A stretch of DNA of 64,000 nucleotides from Candidatus Binatia bacterium (GTDB lineage Bacteria > Desulfobacterota > Binatia > Bin18): positions 107,621 to 171,620 of the forward strand of contig CAXXHG010000010.1 of NCBI GenBank assembly GCA_963666315.2. The letters run 5' to 3'. Shown here piece by piece: positions 21,041 through 32,501 of this stretch. The notes under the pieces were generated by a model. It saw only the letters and a program-made list of their open reading frames with translations, made no database searches and was not told the DNA's origin. The position numbers and the translations under genes are program-made. Each line of letters begins with the position of its first letter. Position 1 is the stretch's first letter.

Positions 21041-22351
21041 CTATCCGCGTCGTCCTCTCAGGCGGCCACGCTTCATGAAGCCTTCATAGTTTCGCATAAT
21101 CAGCTGGGTTTCAATCTGGGCCACGGTATCCAGCGCAACCCCAACAACGATCAGCAGTGCAGTCCCACCAAAGAAAAACGGCACATTAAAGGCTCCAACC
21201 AGAAGGTTGGGCAAAACACAAACAATCGCAACGTAAATAGCCCCAGCCAAAGTAATTCTACTGAGGACACGGTCAATATAGTCTGCCGTCCGCTGCCCAG
21301 GACGGATGCCTGGTATGAATCCGCCATTTTTTTTCATATTGTCGGCAACATCGACCGGATTGAACACCACTGCAGTATAGAAATAACAAAAGAAGATAAT
21401 CATCGCGACATAACTGAGATTATAGACCGAACTACCCGGAGTCAGCAGGTTTGCAACTGTCTGCGCCCACGGATGTTCGGCAAAACCGGCAATCGTAGCC
21501 GGAAAAATCAAGACTGAAGAAGCAAAAATCGGCGGGATGACTCCGGCCGTATTCACTTTGAGCGGGAGATGCGAACTCTGACCGCCATAGACCCGCCTGC
21601 CAACAACACGTTTCGCATATTGCACAGGAATCCGGCGCTGCCCACGTTCCATAAAGATCACTGCCGCAACTAAGGCAGCCATGCCCACCAGCAGCACGAG
21701 GAGCAAAAGAATACCGAGCTCCCCTTCTCGAACAAACTCCGTGGTCGCCGTTACAGCCGACGGAATACTAGAAACGATCCCAGCAAAGATAATCAGCGAG
21801 ATACCGTTTCCAACTCCACGTTCGGTAATCTGCTCACCCAGCCACATGATGAAAGCAGTTCCGGCAGCAAGAGTAATCATCGTCATCAGGCGGAATTCCC
21901 AGCCGGGGTTAAAGACGACCGAGCTCCCGCCCGGTGCCTGGATCTGCTCAAGCCCAATACTAATGAAGAGGCCCTGAAGCAGTGCTAATCCAACCGTGCT
22001 ATAGCGCGTGTACTGTGTGATCTTCCGGCGGCCCTGTTCGCCTTCTTTTGACAAGCGTTCAAGCGTAGGAAGAACCACGGTAAGGAGCTGAAAAATAATT
22101 GAGGCACTGATATAGGGCATAATGCCCAGTGCGAATATGGAGAACCGCTCGAGCGCCCCGCCAGAGAAGAGGTTGACCATGCCAAATACGGTGCTGGCCG
22201 CCTGTTCAAAGAAGGCGGATAAGGCCTCTCCATCAATGCCCGGAGTCGGAATCGCGACACCCACACGGTAGATCGCGAGTATGGCGAACGTAAAAAGGAG
22301 ACGGCGGCGTAGATCGGAAACCTTCGCCACATTTTGTAGCCCTTCGAGCAT
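21041..22351 (-). CDS. secY: Preprotein translocase SecY
   Basis: SIFALGIMPYISASII, GVGNGISLIIF, IPGIRPG, GGTALLIVV. Confidence 0.97.
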   Translation of the reverse strand: MLEGLQNVAKVSDLRRRLLFTFAILAIYRVGVAIPTPGIDGEALSAFFEQAASTVFGMVNLFSGGALERFSIFALGIMPYISASIIFQLLTVVLPTLERLSKEGEQGRRKITQYTRYSTVGLALLQGLFISIGLEQIQAPGGSSVVFNPGWEFRLMTMITLAAGTAFIMWLGEQITERGVGNGISLIIFAGIVSSIPSAVTATTEFVREGELGILLLLVLLVGMAALVAAVIFMERGQRRIPVQYAKRVVGRRVYGGQSSHLPLKVNTAGVIPPIFASSVLIFPATIAGFAEHPWAQTVANLLTPGSSVYNLSYVAMIIFFCYFYTAVVFNPVDVADNMKKNGGFIPGIRPGQRTADYIDRVLSRITLAGAIYVAIVCVLPNLLVGAFNVPFFFGGTALLIVVGVALDTVAQIETQLIMRNYEGFMKRGRLRGRRG

Positions 22352-22353
22352 GG

Positions 22354-22795
22354 CTAGCCGACCTCAGCCGTCCCTCCAAGAGCGGTAATTTTTTCACGGG
22401 CCTGAGCACTGAAAAGCGTGTGCTTTTATCGTCAGCGCTTTAGTCAATGTACCGTTAGCCAAAATTTTCACTTTCTTCTTCCGTCCACGAACAAGTCCTG
22501 TGCTGCGGAAAACCTCAGGGTCAATGACCGCCCCCGTCTCAAAGCGTTCAAGGCTACCAAGGTTGATGATAGAATATTCCTCTCGGAAGGGGTTATGAAA
22601 CCCACGCTTTGGCAGCCTGCGGGAGAGCGGCATTTGCCCCCCTTCATACCCGGGTGGAATACTCCCTCCGGCACGCGCTCCGCTGCCTTTATGCCCCCTG
22701 CCTGCAGTTTTGCCAAGTCCAGAGCCGAGGCCGCGGCCCAGCCTTTTCCGTTTTTTCATCGCCCCGGCGGCGGGCTTGAGATTACTAAGATCCAT
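22354..22795 (-). CDS. rplO: 50S ribosomal protein L15, with an apparent +1 frameshift at 22412-22415
   Basis: GRGLGSGLGKTAGRGHKG, GYEGGQMP; removing one T from the TTTT run restores ...AHAFSAQAREKITALGGTAEVG* ending at 22354. Confidence 0.92.
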
Positions 22796-22988
22796 GTTTC
22801 TCTACCTCAATCAGATGGAGCACCCGCTGAATCATCCCCTGTAGCGAGGGTGAGTCGTGGCGGAGCACGGTTTTCCCAAGCCGAGTCAGACCAAGACCAC
22901 GCAGGGTTTCCCGCTGCCGTCGAGTCCCGCCAATGCCACTCCGCTTGAGCGTAATGGCTAAGACTTTTCCCTGCCCATCGTCTGCCAT
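22785..22988 (-). CDS. rpmD: 50S ribosomal protein L30
   Basis: ITLKRSGIG, TLRGLGL, GMIQRVLHLI; position between rpsE and rplO. Confidence 0.93.
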   Translation of the reverse strand: MADDGQGKVLAITLKRSGIGGTRRQRETLRGLGLTRLGKTVLRHDSPSLQGMIQRVLHLIEVEKHGS

Positions 22989-22991
22989 GAC

Positions 22992-23504
22992 CTACCCTTT
23001 CATCTCGGCGAGACTCTTCCCTCTTCGCCGTGCAACTTGCTCGGGACCATCCAGACTTTGGAGCGCAGCCAGCGTAGCCTTCACTGAATTATGCGGATTG
23101 GTAGATCCAAGACATTTGGTAAGCGCATTCCGCACTCCGGCAAGTTCCATCACAATCCGAACGCCCCCTCCCGCAATCAGGCCAGTTCCAGGGGAGGCCG
23201 GCTTGAGCAATACTTTCCCGGCACCATGTTTCCCGATCACCGCGTAGGGCAAGGTATCCTCTACGAGTGGAACTCGGATCAGTGATTTTTTCGCCTGTTC
23301 AGCACCCTTGCGGATCGCCTCAGGCACCTCGTGTGCTTTTCCTAACCCATATCCAACGTGCCCCGCTCCATCTCCAGCCACTACGACGGCACTAAAACTG
23401 AAGCGGCGGCCCCCTTTGACCACTTTACTCACGCGGTTAATGTGAACAACTCTCTCCTGAAGATCGAGATCATCCGGATTAATCTGATCGTCGTCTGGAC
23501 TCAC
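22992..23504 (-). CDS. rpsE: 30S ribosomal protein S5
   Basis: [28 protein letters not shown]. Confidence 0.97.
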   Translation of the reverse strand: MSPDDDQINPDDLDLQERVVHINRVSKVVKGGRRFSFSAVVVAGDGAGHVGYGLGKAHEVPEAIRKGAEQAKKSLIRVPLVEDTLPYAVIGKHGAGKVLLKPASPGTGLIAGGGVRIVMELAGVRNALTKCLGSTNPHNSVKATLAALQSLDGPEQVARRRGKSLAEMKG

Positions 23505-23515
23505 TATCCGCCTCC

Positions 23516-23887
23516 TTAGAATTGCAAACCAGCCTCCAGCGCAGCCTCAGCAACTGCACGGATCCGGCCATGAAAGAGAAACCCATTGCGATCAAATACA
23601 ACCGTATGTATGCCTCGCTCTTGGCATTTTTTGGCAATGAGCTGTCCCACTTCTTTTGCAGCAGAGACTGTTGCTGTTTTCGCTTTGATACTGTCTTTGA
23701 GTTCAGCAGATAGAGTGGACACTGCGGCCAGCGCGCGGCCACTCTCATCCGAAATAACCTGGGCGTAGAGGTGCTTATTACTACGATACACGCAGAGGCG
23801 TGGCCGTGAGTCTGTCCCCCGGACCTGTCTCCGGATACGCCTTTGACGGAGTAAACGGCTCCGCTTGCGAGGGTTCATCCCTGCCAT
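23516..23887 (-). CDS. rplR: 50S ribosomal protein L18
   Basis: [23 protein letters not shown]. Confidence 0.96.
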   Translation of the reverse strand: MAGMNPRKRSRLLRQRRIRRQVRGTDSRPRLCVYRSNKHLYAQVISDESGRALAAVSTLSAELKDSIKAKTATVSAAKEVGQLIAKKCQERGIHTVVFDRNGFLFHGRIRAVAEAALEAGLQF

Positions 23888-23893
23888 ATATTC

Positions 23894-24448
23894 TTATCCT
23901 CCTGCACCAGCGCTCGCAGCCGTCTTTCCGGCTTTTCTGCGTACTTTTTCATCGGCGTATCGAATCCCTTTCCCCTTATAGGGCTCCGGCGGACGCAGCC
24001 GACGAATGGATGCCGCCACCTCCCCGACAAGCTGCTTATCAATGCCTTCAATCGTAATGCGCGTCTGACGGTCAACTTGTACACTCACCCCGGTCGGGAG
24101 CTGAAAGAAGATAGGATGAGAAAACCCGAGGCTCAGCTGTATAATATTCTTTGCCGTATCCGCTCGATACCCGACTCCATTAATCTCCAAGATCCTGGAG
24201 AACCCGACAGAAACGCCCTGGAGTGCATTGGCGATGAGCCGACGCGTTAATCCCAGGAGCTCTTTGGAGCGACGTGATTCGTCGGCCCGACTCAACGCCA
24301 CCGCGCCATCGGCGATTTCTACTGCCAGTACTGGATCTACGGCCACCTGCAGTTTGCCCTTCGGCCCTTCTGCGGTCAGGGTCTCCAGATCATGTACGAC
24401 TTTCACTTTATCGGGTATGGCAACCGGCTTGTGCCCAAGACCAGACAT
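23894..24448 (-). CDS. rplF: 50S ribosomal protein L6
   Basis: GPKG, GVGYRA, LGFSHP, PEPYKGKGIRY. Confidence 0.96.
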   Translation of the reverse strand: MSGLGHKPVAIPDKVKVVHDLETLTAEGPKGKLQVAVDPVLAVEIADGAVALSRADESRRSKELLGLTRRLIANALQGVSVGFSRILEINGVGYRADTAKNIIQLSLGFSHPIFFQLPTGVSVQVDRQTRITIEGIDKQLVGEVAASIRRLRPPEPYKGKGIRYADEKVRRKAGKTAASAGAGG

Positions 24449-24484
24449 GAGTTATTTCCTTATTTGCGGTATTGGCGTTCTGCT

Positions 24485-24880
24485 CTACCACACACTGCAT
24501 AAGACTTCTCCACCAACATGAAGATGACGGGCTTCACGGTCAGCGAGCACGCCTCGAGAGGTGGAAAGAATATTCACGCCAAGGCTGTTCCGTACAGTCG
24601 GAATAGCATCCGCCTTCACGTAGGTTCGTAGGCTCGGCTTACTGACGCGCTTCAGCCCGCGCAGCGCCGGCTGGCCGGCGGCATCATACTTGAGTCCAAG
24701 CTTGAGGTGCGGGAATCCATTTTTTTCAACAACACGATAATCCAGGATGAACCCCTCCGCCACCAAGATACGCACGACGGCTTCCTTCACACGTGATCGA
24801 GGAATCGAGACATATTCCTTACGGGCCCGGAGGGCGTTACGCACACAGGTTAATAGATCTGCAATAGGGTCAGTTTGCAT
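24485..24880 (-). CDS. rpsH: 30S ribosomal protein S8
   Basis: MQTDPIADLL, ILSTSRG, GGEVLCSVW. Confidence 0.96.
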   Translation of the reverse strand: MQTDPIADLLTCVRNALRARKEYVSIPRSRVKEAVVRILVAEGFILDYRVVEKNGFPHLKLGLKYDAAGQPALRGLKRVSKPSLRTYVKADAIPTVRNSLGVNILSTSRGVLADREARHLHVGGEVLCSVW

Positions 24881-24891
24881 ACATCTCTTTC

Positions 24892-25077
24892 CTACCAACT
24901 GGCCTTCGTCATACCAGGAATCTGGCCCTTAAGGGCATGGGTTCGCAGACAGATACGACACATGCGAAACCGGCGATAAAATGCTCGAGCGCGTCCACAT
25001 AAAGGGCAACGGTTATATGCGCGGACACGAAATTTGGACTGCCGCTGCGCTTTGACTCGTAAACATGTTCGTGCCAT
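24892..25077 (-). CDS. rpsN: 30S ribosomal protein S14 (short zinc-binding type)
   Basis: [22 protein letters not shown]. Confidence 0.96.
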   Translation of the reverse strand: MARTCLRVKAQRQSKFRVRAYNRCPLCGRARAFYRRFRMCRICLRTHALKGQIPGMTKASW

Positions 25078-25082
25078 AGATC

Positions 25083-25622
25083 CTAGCTCCGAAAAGGCAT
25101 ACCCAGGGCACGTAGTAACGTACGTCCCTCAGCATCTGTTTTAGCCGTTGTTACCATAGTAATAGTGAATCCTTTGATCTGCTCGACTTTGTCAAGGTTT
25201 ATCTCAGGAAAAATGATATGTTCACGAATGCCAAGCGAGTAGTTGCCCCGACCGTCAAAAGAACGATCTGAGATTCCGCGGAAGTCTCGGACACGGGGAA
25301 GCGCAACGTTGACTAAGCGGTCAAAAAACTCATACATCCGCTCCCCGCGTAGCGTCACTGCGCAACCGATCGTCATTCCTTCACGCAGCTTAAAATTCGC
25401 AATGGATTTATGGGCGCGAGTCACAATAGGCTTTTGTCCCGCAATGAGCGCAATTTCTTCAACGCTGCTTTCAAGTAATTTGGTATTGTTGGCAGCCTCA
25501 CCGAGCCCCATATTGATCACAATTTTTGTGAGTCGAGGGACCTGCATGATATTCGCATACCCGAGTTCTTGCTTGAGAGCAGGGCGCATCTGCGTAGAGT
25601 AGAGATCTTTAATGCGAGCCAT
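25083..25622 (-). CDS. rplE: 50S ribosomal protein L5
   Basis: [29 protein letters not shown]. Confidence 0.97.
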   Translation of the reverse strand: MARIKDLYSTQMRPALKQELGYANIMQVPRLTKIVINMGLGEAANNTKLLESSVEEIALIAGQKPIVTRAHKSIANFKLREGMTIGCAVTLRGERMYEFFDRLVNVALPRVRDFRGISDRSFDGRGNYSLGIREHIIFPEINLDKVEQIKGFTITMVTTAKTDAEGRTLLRALGMPFRS

Positions 25623-25627
25623 ATTTC

Positions 25628-25942
25628 TTAGTCCAGCACATTCCCAGTGCGACGACTCACACGCATTTTCCGTCCATCAACGATCTTGAAACCGACACGT
25701 GTAGGACGGCCATCCTGGGGATCAACCAGCATCAAGTTAGAAAGGTGCAGGGAGGCTTCTTTTTCCAGGATGCCTCCAGAATCCTGCGGGCTACGGGGCT
25801 TGACGTGACGCTTCACCATATTCAGGCGCTCGACAAGTGCCCGGTCTTGCGCAGGAAAGACCCGCATGACTTTCCCTATTTTTCCGCGTTCTTTTCCGGC
25901 GATAACCATCACCGAATCGTTTTTTTTTATGCGCGCTGCCAT
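25628..25942 (-). CDS. rplX: 50S ribosomal protein L24
   Basis: [21 protein letters not shown]. Confidence 0.95.
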   Translation of the reverse strand: MAARIKKNDSVMVIAGKERGKIGKVMRVFPAQDRALVERLNMVKRHVKPRSPQDSGGILEKEASLHLSNLMLVDPQDGRPTRVGFKIVDGRKMRVSRRTGNVLD

Positions 25943-25950
25943 AATCAGCC

Positions 25951-26319
25951 CTAGAGCACCTCAGGGGCCAGAGAAATAATTTTCATGAAACGCTTGGCCC
26001 GCAACTCCCGAGCCACTGGTCCAAAAATGCGGGTTCCAACCGGCTCACGCTGGTTATCTATGAGAACCGCAGAATTGGTATCGAAGCGAATGTATGATCC
26101 ATCCGGGCGGCCCAGCTCTTTAGCTGTTCTGACCACCACGGCACGTACCACGTCGCCTTTCTTCACGTTCGAGTTGGGGATCGCTTCTCTGACGGATACG
26201 ACGATTTCATCGCCCACGGATGCATATCTCCGCCGCGTCCCGCCCAGGACGCGAATGCAACGCACCCGGCGTGCGCCTGAATTATCAGCGACGTCGAGCA
26301 CTGTTTCGACTTGAACCAT
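25951..26319 (-). CDS. rplN: 50S ribosomal protein L14
   Basis: [26 protein letters not shown]. Confidence 0.97.
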   Translation of the reverse strand: MVQVETVLDVADNSGARRVRCIRVLGGTRRRYASVGDEIVVSVREAIPNSNVKKGDVVRAVVVRTAKELGRPDGSYIRFDTNSAVLIDNQREPVGTRIFGPVARELRAKRFMKIISLAPEVL

Positions 26320-26340
26320 GTGACAACCCTCTTCGTTTCC

Positions 26341-26598
26341 TTACCCAGGAGGCCCCGGCTTCAACACAGTCTGCACCCGCCAGTGCTTATCTCTACTAAG
26401 GGGGCGGATTTCCGTGATAGAAACAAGGTCCCCGGCGTGGCACTGATTTTCCGGATCATGCGCCTTATATTCTTTTTGCTGACGAATATACTTCTTGTAC
26501 ATAGGATGTCGCACGAGTCGTTCAACTTGGACGACCACCGTTTTATCCATTTTATCACTGACGACGATTCCTTTTCTTACCTTCCGATGCCCCGGCAC
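26341..26598 (-). CDS. rpsQ: 30S ribosomal protein S17
   Basis: [22 protein letters not shown]. Confidence 0.96.
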   Translation of the reverse strand: MPGHRKVRKGIVVSDKMDKTVVVQVERLVRHPMYKKYIRQQKEYKAHDPENQCHAGDLVSITEIRPLSRDKHWRVQTVLKPGPPG

Positions 26599-26600
26599 AA

Positions 26601-26810
26601 CTAACTCCGTTCTTTGGTCGTTTCGCGTATGCGTTCGTGTTGTATTGTCTTAATGCGAGCGATGTCCCGGCGAATCTTCCGCAGCTGCATCGGATCATCC
26701 AGCTGTCCCGTCCCCTTCCGCAGGCGCAGACGAAAGAGCTCTTCCCCTAACTCTCGTGCTTTTTCCTGCACCTCAACATCCGTTAAATCTCGGACCTCAC
26801 GCGCTCTCAT
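26601..26810 (-). CDS. rpmC: 50S ribosomal protein L29
   Basis: [15 protein letters not shown]; start at ATG 26810. Confidence 0.94.
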   Translation of the reverse strand: MRAREVRDLTDVEVQEKARELGEELFRLRLRKGTGQLDDPMQLRKIRRDIARIKTIQHERIRETTKERS

Positions 26811-27225
26811 ACATGGCTCCATGCCGCTCTCGGATTTGCGTACTCATCGGCAGTTTGTTCGCAGCAAGACGTAGCGCCTCTCGAGCAATATCACGCGGAA
26901 CCCCTTCAATCTCAAAGAGCATACGACCTGGTTTGACCGGGGCAACCCAAAACTCCGGGGAAGCCTTGCCTTTTCCCATTCGCGTTTCAGCCGGTTTCTT
27001 GGAGACGGGTTTGTCCGGAAAAACGCGGATCCAGATACGCCCGCCACGTCGCACATGACGAGTGAGTGCAATCCGAGCCGCCTCGATTTGACGTGCCGTC
27101 AGCCAGCCACGCTCAAGGGTCTGCAAACCAAAGTCGCCGAATGAGAGGGTTGCCCCGCGTTGCGCATGACCATATATGCGGCCCCGCTGTTGTTTTCTAA
27201 ACTTTGTTTTCTTCGGAGCAAGCAT
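26797..27225 (-). CDS. rplP: 50S ribosomal protein L16
   Basis: QIEAAR, RMGKGK, VKPGR. Confidence 0.97.
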   Translation of the reverse strand: MLAPKKTKFRKQQRGRIYGHAQRGATLSFGDFGLQTLERGWLTARQIEAARIALTRHVRRGGRIWIRVFPDKPVSKKPAETRMGKGKASPEFWVAPVKPGRMLFEIEGVPRDIAREALRLAANKLPMSTQIRERHGAMYESA

Positions 27226-27238
27226 ATCTCGCCGTTCC

Positions 27239-27901
27239 TTACGCGCCCATATTTGTCCGTTGTTGCTCTTCTTCTTTGGTGAGGATCTCGCCGCGGAAAA
27301 TCCAGGCCTTCACGCCAATAACCCCAAAGGTGGTCTTTGCTTCCGCAACGCCGTAGCTAATATCCGCACGGAGCGTATGGAGGGGAACACGCCCCTCACG
27401 ATACCATTCCGTACGGGCGATCTCAGCACCACCGAGCCGGCCAGAGCAGCGCACCTTTATACCCTGCGCTCCCATCCGGATCGCTCGAGCGACACACTCC
27501 TTCATGGCGCGTCGAAAGGCCACCCGGCGCTCGAGTTGAAGGGCGACGTTCTCAGAGACCAACTGTCCATCAAGGTCGGGGCGCCGCACTTCATGGATAT
27601 TCAAATAGACTTCTCGATCCGTGCTCTGTGTGAGTTCAGTCTTAAGCTTCTCTATCTCTGCTCCCTTTTTCCCGATCACGATACCAGGACGGGCAGTATA
27701 GATATTGATCTTTGCCTTATTGCCCGCGCGCTCAATCTCAATTTTTGCAATGCCGGCATGATACAGGCGCTTCTTAATAAATTTTCGGATGCGAATATCG
27801 TCGTGCAGTAACGCAGCATACTCTTTGTCTGCAAACCACCGCGATTCCCATCCTGCAAGAATCCCGACCCGAAATCCTATCGGATGTACCTTTTGACCCA
27901 T
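27239..27901 (-). CDS. rpsC: 30S ribosomal protein S3
   Basis: [30 protein letters not shown]. Confidence 0.97.
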   Translation of the reverse strand: MGQKVHPIGFRVGILAGWESRWFADKEYAALLHDDIRIRKFIKKRLYHAGIAKIEIERAGNKAKINIYTARPGIVIGKKGAEIEKLKTELTQSTDREVYLNIHEVRRPDLDGQLVSENVALQLERRVAFRRAMKECVARAIRMGAQGIKVRCSGRLGGAEIARTEWYREGRVPLHTLRADISYGVAEAKTTFGVIGVKAWIFRGEILTKEEEQQRTNMGA

Positions 27902-27917
27902 CCTCTTCCTCTTTCGT

Positions 27918-28250
27918 CTATTTCTCGTCTACGACGACGGTAAAATGGCTCGTCCGTTTCCGAATTGGTGTTGCCCGCCCGTGGGCGCGTGGGATGAAAC
28001 GTTTTAACGTCGCCCCACCATCAATAGTCGCGTGTTTAATATACAACGTATCCGGATCGACATTTTGCGTATCAGTTGCGTTCGCAATGGCAGACTGTAC
28101 TGTTTTCAGAAGAACGCGTGCCGCCTTCTTCTGGGAGAAACGGAGTATCAATAACGCCTCTTCGACCTGCTTCCCACGGATAAGGTCGGCGACTAAGCGT
28201 GCTTTCCGCGGGGCCATCCTCACATGACGGGTAATTGCCCGAACCTCCAT
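27918..28250 (-). CDS. rplV: 50S ribosomal protein L22
   Basis: [25 protein letters not shown]. Confidence 0.97.
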   Translation of the reverse strand: MEVRAITRHVRMAPRKARLVADLIRGKQVEEALLILRFSQKKAARVLLKTVQSAIANATDTQNVDPDTLYIKHATIDGGATLKRFIPRAHGRATPIRKRTSHFTVVVDEK

Positions 28251-28262
28251 AACCAGTCCCCT

Positions 28263-28547
28263 CTATCTCCTTCTAACGTCGCCCTTTTTATCCCCCGCAT
28301 GCCCGTAAAAAGTCCGGGTTGGAGAGAATTCTCCAAGCTTATGGCCAACCATATTTTCGGTAACATAGACAGGTATGAATTTTCTTCCATTGTGGACGGC
28401 GAAGGTCAGCCCTATCATCTCGGGCAGAATAGTTGAACGCCGCGACCAGGTCTTAATCACCTTTTTATCTCCGCTGTGCAACGCGCTTTCAACCTTCCCG
28501 AGCAGGTGGTCGTCAATGAACGGGCCTTTTTTGACTGAACGGGGCAT
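28263..28547 (-). CDS. rpsS: 30S ribosomal protein S19
   Basis: [22 protein letters not shown]. Confidence 0.97.
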   Translation of the reverse strand: MPRSVKKGPFIDDHLLGKVESALHSGDKKVIKTWSRRSTILPEMIGLTFAVHNGRKFIPVYVTENMVGHKLGEFSPTRTFYGHAGDKKGDVRRR

Positions 28548-28548
28548 C

Positions 28549-29376
28549 TTATTTCTTTCTCTTTTGTACGATGTATTTGTCCGACTTTACGTTGCGCCGC
28601 GTTTTATACCCTTTAGCCAGCACGCCCCAGGGGCTCATTGGATGGTTGCCCTTACTGCGCCCCTCGCCCCCTCCCATCGGATGGTCGACAGGATTCATGG
28701 CAATTCCGCGCACGCGAGGACGACGCCCGAACCAGCGCGTACGGCCGGCCTTGCCGTAGGTGACATTCTCATGATCAAGGTTCCCAACCTGGCCTATGGT
28801 AGCTTTACAATTTTGATGCGTCATCCGCATTTCACCTGAAGGAAGTTTTACCGTCGCGTAGGCACCTTCTTTCGCCATGAGTCGTGCCGACGTCCCGGCA
28901 CTCCTGACAATTTGCCCGCCTTTGCCGATCTTCAGCTCGATATTGTGGATTATCGTCCCAACAGGAATCCGACGCAGGGGTAAACAATTCCCGGGACGGA
29001 TGTCTGCCGCTTCGCCTGACATCACCATATCCCCGACAACAAGACCAACGGGGGCAAGGATATACCGCTTCTCGCCGTCAACATAATGTAACAAAGCAAG
29101 ACGGGCGGAACGGTTGGGATCGTATTCAATGGCTGCAACCTTCGCACCGACACCATCTTTATCGCGACGAAAGTCTATCACACGGTAGCGTCGCTTGTGG
29201 CCCCCACCTCGGTGCAGCACCGTGAGTCGGCCACGATTATTCCGCCCGCCATGCTTATGCAGTGGGGCCAGCAAGGATCGCTCTGGATGCTTTTTTGTTT
29301 TCGTAATGTCCTGAAAACTAGACACACTCTGGAACCGTCTTCCAGCAGAAGTCGGTTTATACTGCCGTACAGCCAC
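28549..29376 (-). CDS. rplB: 50S ribosomal protein L2
   Basis: [22 protein letters not shown]. Confidence 0.97.
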   Translation of the reverse strand: MAVRQYKPTSAGRRFQSVSSFQDITKTKKHPERSLLAPLHKHGGRNNRGRLTVLHRGGGHKRRYRVIDFRRDKDGVGAKVAAIEYDPNRSARLALLHYVDGEKRYILAPVGLVVGDMVMSGEAADIRPGNCLPLRRIPVGTIIHNIELKIGKGGQIVRSAGTSARLMAKEGAYATVKLPSGEMRMTHQNCKATIGQVGNLDHENVTYGKAGRTRWFGRRPRVRGIAMNPVDHPMGGGEGRSKGNHPMSPWGVLAKGYKTRRNVKSDKYIVQKRKK

Positions 29377-29379
29377 CGG

Positions 29380-29667
29380 TTATGCTCCTTCGAAGAAGTC
29401 GATGCGGTCACCTTCCCGCAACGTCACGTAGGCTTTTTTCCATGCAGACTTCCGGCCTTGAGACCGACCAACTCGACGATTTTTCCCAAGGTATTGCATC
29501 GTTCGGACCTGTTTCACTTTGACATTAAAAAGCATTTCTACCGCGTCTCGAATGCTGACTTTATTGGCCTGAGGACGAACTCGAAAAACCACCTGGTTCC
29601 CCACCTCATTAGCAAGGGTGGACTTCTCAGTGATTAATGGAGCGACAAGCACAGAGTAGACATCCAT
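29380..29667 (-). CDS. rplW: 50S ribosomal protein L23
   Basis: PLITEKS, WKKAYVTL. Confidence 0.96.
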   Translation of the reverse strand: MDVYSVLVAPLITEKSTLANEVGNQVVFRVRPQANKVSIRDAVEMLFNVKVKQVRTMQYLGKNRRVGRSQGRKSAWKKAYVTLREGDRIDFFEGA

Positions 29668-29669
29668 AA

Positions 29670-30305
29670 TTAGCCGAGCCTTTCGCTCACCTGCTCCAGA
29701 GCCGTCCGCGTAAAAAGGGTTTTCCGATACCGAAGCAAGTCATACACATTGAGCCCCGGGCTCAAGAGGACCTTCACTCCCGGTAAATTTCGCGCAGATT
29801 TCTGCACATTCACATCCGCTTCGGCCAAGACAATCAGTACACTAGTCCCCATATCGAGTTGGGACAGCAGCGCTATCATCTGCTTGGTTTTTGGTTGAGC
29901 AAATTCGATCGTATCAACAACCACGAGCTCCTCTTGGCGCAATTTCAGTGCTAACACCGACCGCAACGCGGTCTTGCGCGCCGACCGAGGTAAACGATAG
30001 GCGTATGATCGTGGCTGTGGGCCAAATACTGTCCCCCCACCGACCCAGATAGGGGATCGATTACTCCCCGCCCGAGCACGGCCCGTTCCTTTTTGCCGCC
30101 ACGGCTTTTTCCCTCCGCCACGCACCTGACTCCGGGTCTTGGTTGCTGCGGTGCCGGAGCGCCGGTTCGCCAATTGCATTTTGACCATTTCATACAATAA
30201 ATGTTCACGCTGGGGTTGGTCTACGATCACAGCCGGGAGCTCAAGCTCGCCAACAGTTTCACGCTGGACGGAGAGAACAGGGATGCGTGTTACCTGAGCT
30301 CCCAT
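29670..30305 (-). CDS. rplD: 50S ribosomal protein L4
   Basis: [20 protein letters not shown]. Confidence 0.97.
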   Translation of the reverse strand: MGAQVTRIPVLSVQRETVGELELPAVIVDQPQREHLLYEMVKMQLANRRSGTAATKTRSQVRGGGKKPWRQKGTGRARAGSNRSPIWVGGGTVFGPQPRSYAYRLPRSARKTALRSVLALKLRQEELVVVDTIEFAQPKTKQMIALLSQLDMGTSVLIVLAEADVNVQKSARNLPGVKVLLSPGLNVYDLLRYRKTLFTRTALEQVSERLG

Positions 30306-30308
30306 AGG

Positions 30309-30941
30309 TTATCCTTCTTGTGTCTGGTGTACGAGGACAAATTGTCTTCGCGCTCCGGGGATCGAGCCATGAACGAGGAGCAGATTCTCATCCGGCTGAA
30401 CCTCAACAACTCTGAGGTGTAATGCCGTCACCCTATCATTCCCGAGATGTCCGGCCATATGTTTGCCTTTAAAAACCTTGCCAGGATAAGAACGGTTTCC
30501 AATAGATCCGCCATGCCGAAAATATTCATGCGTGCCATGGCTTTTGGGGAATCCTGCCATCCCATACCTTTTCATGACCCCGGTGAATCCTCGCCCTTTT
30601 GTCCGCCCTACCACATTCACCAGGTCTCCAGGTTGAAAGAGCTGCTCGACCGTAATTTTGCCTCCAACCTCGTAGGTTTCAATGTCGTCCGACCGAAACT
30701 CTCGAAGAACGGCAAACGGGCCACTGCCGGACTTTTGGCAATGCCCAAGCACCGGCTTGGAGACACGATGGGGTTTCTGGGTCCCGAACCCGAGCTGGAG
30801 AGCCGTGTAGCCGTCTCTCTGCAGGGTCTTCTTTTGCACGACGGTGCAGGGTCCAGTCTGGATAACCGTCACACAGACGAGCCCTCCATCTGGGGCAAAG
30901 ATCTGCGTCATGCCCAATTTCTTTCCGATCAGACCTTGCAT
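30309..30941 (-). CDS. rplC: 50S ribosomal protein L3
   Basis: KLGMTQ, KGRGFTG, GSIG, GSIPG. Confidence 0.97.
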   Translation of the reverse strand: MQGLIGKKLGMTQIFAPDGGLVCVTVIQTGPCTVVQKKTLQRDGYTALQLGFGTQKPHRVSKPVLGHCQKSGSGPFAVLREFRSDDIETYEVGGKITVEQLFQPGDLVNVVGRTKGRGFTGVMKRYGMAGFPKSHGTHEYFRHGGSIGNRSYPGKVFKGKHMAGHLGNDRVTALHLRVVEVQPDENLLLVHGSIPGARRQFVLVHQTQEG

Positions 30942-30954
30942 CGTTGTCCCTTCC

Positions 30955-31263
30955 CTACCCCAATTTAATCTCTACATCGACACCCGCGGCCAGCTCAAGT
31001 TTTCCAAGAGCATCAATAGTCTGCTGGGTAGGGTCGAGGATATCGACCAACCGCTTATGCGTCCGAATCTCGAATTGTTCGCGAGATTTTTTATCAACAT
31101 GCGGAGAGCGATTGACGGTAAACCGCTCAATGCGCGTGGGGAGTGGGATCGGACCAGCCACACGTCCCCCGGTCCGCTTGACCGTCTCAACAATCTCTTT
31201 CACCGATTGATCGAGCACTCGGTGGTCATACGCCTTAAAACGGATCCGGATCTTTTCATTCAT
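30955..31263 (-). CDS. rpsJ: 30S ribosomal protein S10
   Basis: [20 protein letters not shown]; start could alternatively be 31275. Confidence 0.96.
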   Translation of the reverse strand: MNEKIRIRFKAYDHRVLDQSVKEIVETVKRTGGRVAGPIPLPTRIERFTVNRSPHVDKKSREQFEIRTHKRLVDILDPTQQTIDALGKLELAAGVDVEIKLG

Positions 31264-31281
31264 TATGCTGGTCATACAACC

Positions 31282-32472
31282 TCACTGGAGGATTTTAGTC
31301 ACAACGCCAGCCCCCACCGTGCGGCCCCCCTCCCGAATCGCAAACCGCAGACCCTCATCCATCGCTATCGGCGTCAATAACTCGACCGTCATCTGCGTGT
31401 TATCCCCCGGCATCACCATCTCCGTCCCCTCCTGCAAGACCACCGACCCGGTCACATCTGTCGTCCGAAAGTAAAACTGCGGCCGATAGCCATTGAAAAA
31501 CGGCGTATGCCGCCCCCCCTCCTCCTTGGTCAATACATACACTTCCGCCTCATATTTCGTGTGCGGCGTGATACTCCCCGGCTTCGCCAAGACCTGCCCC
31601 CGCTCGATATCCTCCCGCTTGACCCCTCGGAGCAAACACCCCACATTGTCCCCCGCTACCCCCTCATCCAACAGCTTACGAAACATCTCCACGCCCGTCA
31701 CCGTCGTCTTGCGCGTCTCCTTGATCCCCACTATCTCGACCTCTTCCCCCACCTTCACCCGCCCCCGATCGACCCGCCCCGTCGCCACCGTCCCCCGCCC
31801 CGAAATCGTAAACACATCCTCAATCGACATCAGAAACTCGCGATCCACTTCCCGCTCCGGCTCCGGAATAAAATTGTCCACCGCCTCCATCAGCTTCAGG
31901 ATCGCCGGCTCCCCTAACTCCCCCGGCTCCCCCTCCAACGCATGCAGCGCACTGCCCTGGATGATCGGCGTCTCATCGCCCGGAAAATCATACTTCGACA
32001 ATAGCTCCCGCATCTCCAGCTCCACCAGCTCCAACAGCTCCTCATCGTCCACCATGTCCACTTTGTTCATGAACACCACGATTGCCGGCACCCCCACTTG
32101 GCGCGCCAATAAAATATGCTCGCGCGTCTGCGGCATCGGCCCGTCTGAGGCCGCCACCACCAGTATCGCCCCGTCCATCTGCGCCGCCCCCGTGATCATA
32201 TTCTTGATGTAATCCGCATGCCCCGGACAGTCCACGTGCGCATAGTGGCGGTTGTCCGTCTCATACTCTACATGCGCCGTGTTGATCGTAATCCCCCGCT
32301 CCCGCTCCTCCGGCGCCTTATCTATCTCGTCAAACGACACAAACTCCGCCTGATTCCGCGCTGCTAACACCTTCGTGATCGCCGCCGTTAATGTCGTCTT
32401 CCCGTGATCGATATGCCCGATCGTGCCGACATTCATATGCGGCTTCGTCCGCTCAAACCGCGCCTTCGCCAT
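31282..32472 (-). CDS. tuf: Elongation factor Tu (copy 1, str/S10 position)
   Basis: [23 protein letters not shown]. Confidence 0.98.
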   Translation of the reverse strand: MAKARFERTKPHMNVGTIGHIDHGKTTLTAAITKVLAARNQAEFVSFDEIDKAPEERERGITINTAHVEYETDNRHYAHVDCPGHADYIKNMITGAAQMDGAILVVAASDGPMPQTREHILLARQVGVPAIVVFMNKVDMVDDEELLELVELEMRELLSKYDFPGDETPIIQGSALHALEGEPGELGEPAILKLMEAVDNFIPEPEREVDREFLMSIEDVFTISGRGTVATGRVDRGRVKVGEEVEIVGIKETRKTTVTGVEMFRKLLDEGVAGDNVGCLLRGVKREDIERGQVLAKPGSITPHTKYEAEVYVLTKEEGGRHTPFFNGYRPQFYFRTTDVTGSVVLQEGTEMVMPGDNTQMTVELLTPIAMDEGLRFAIREGGRTVGAGVVTKILQ

Positions 32473-32501
32473 CTCGCTCGTCCTTTCCCTTGCTCGGGTC
32501 G
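31285..32501. repeat. Direct repeat copy 1: tuf plus 29 nt upstream, matching 45140-46356
   Basis: Identical proteins; by eye the DNA differs only near the 3' end (ACT vs ACC; stop TGA vs TAG); not aligned exhaustively. Confidence 0.9.

Noticed and set aside
31493-32212. 239-aa and 136-aa plus-strand ORFs antisense to tuf (repeated at 45348-46067)
   Set aside because: Shadow ORFs produced by the skewed tuf codon usage; low complexity (Ser/Pro/Arg) and no recognisable motif
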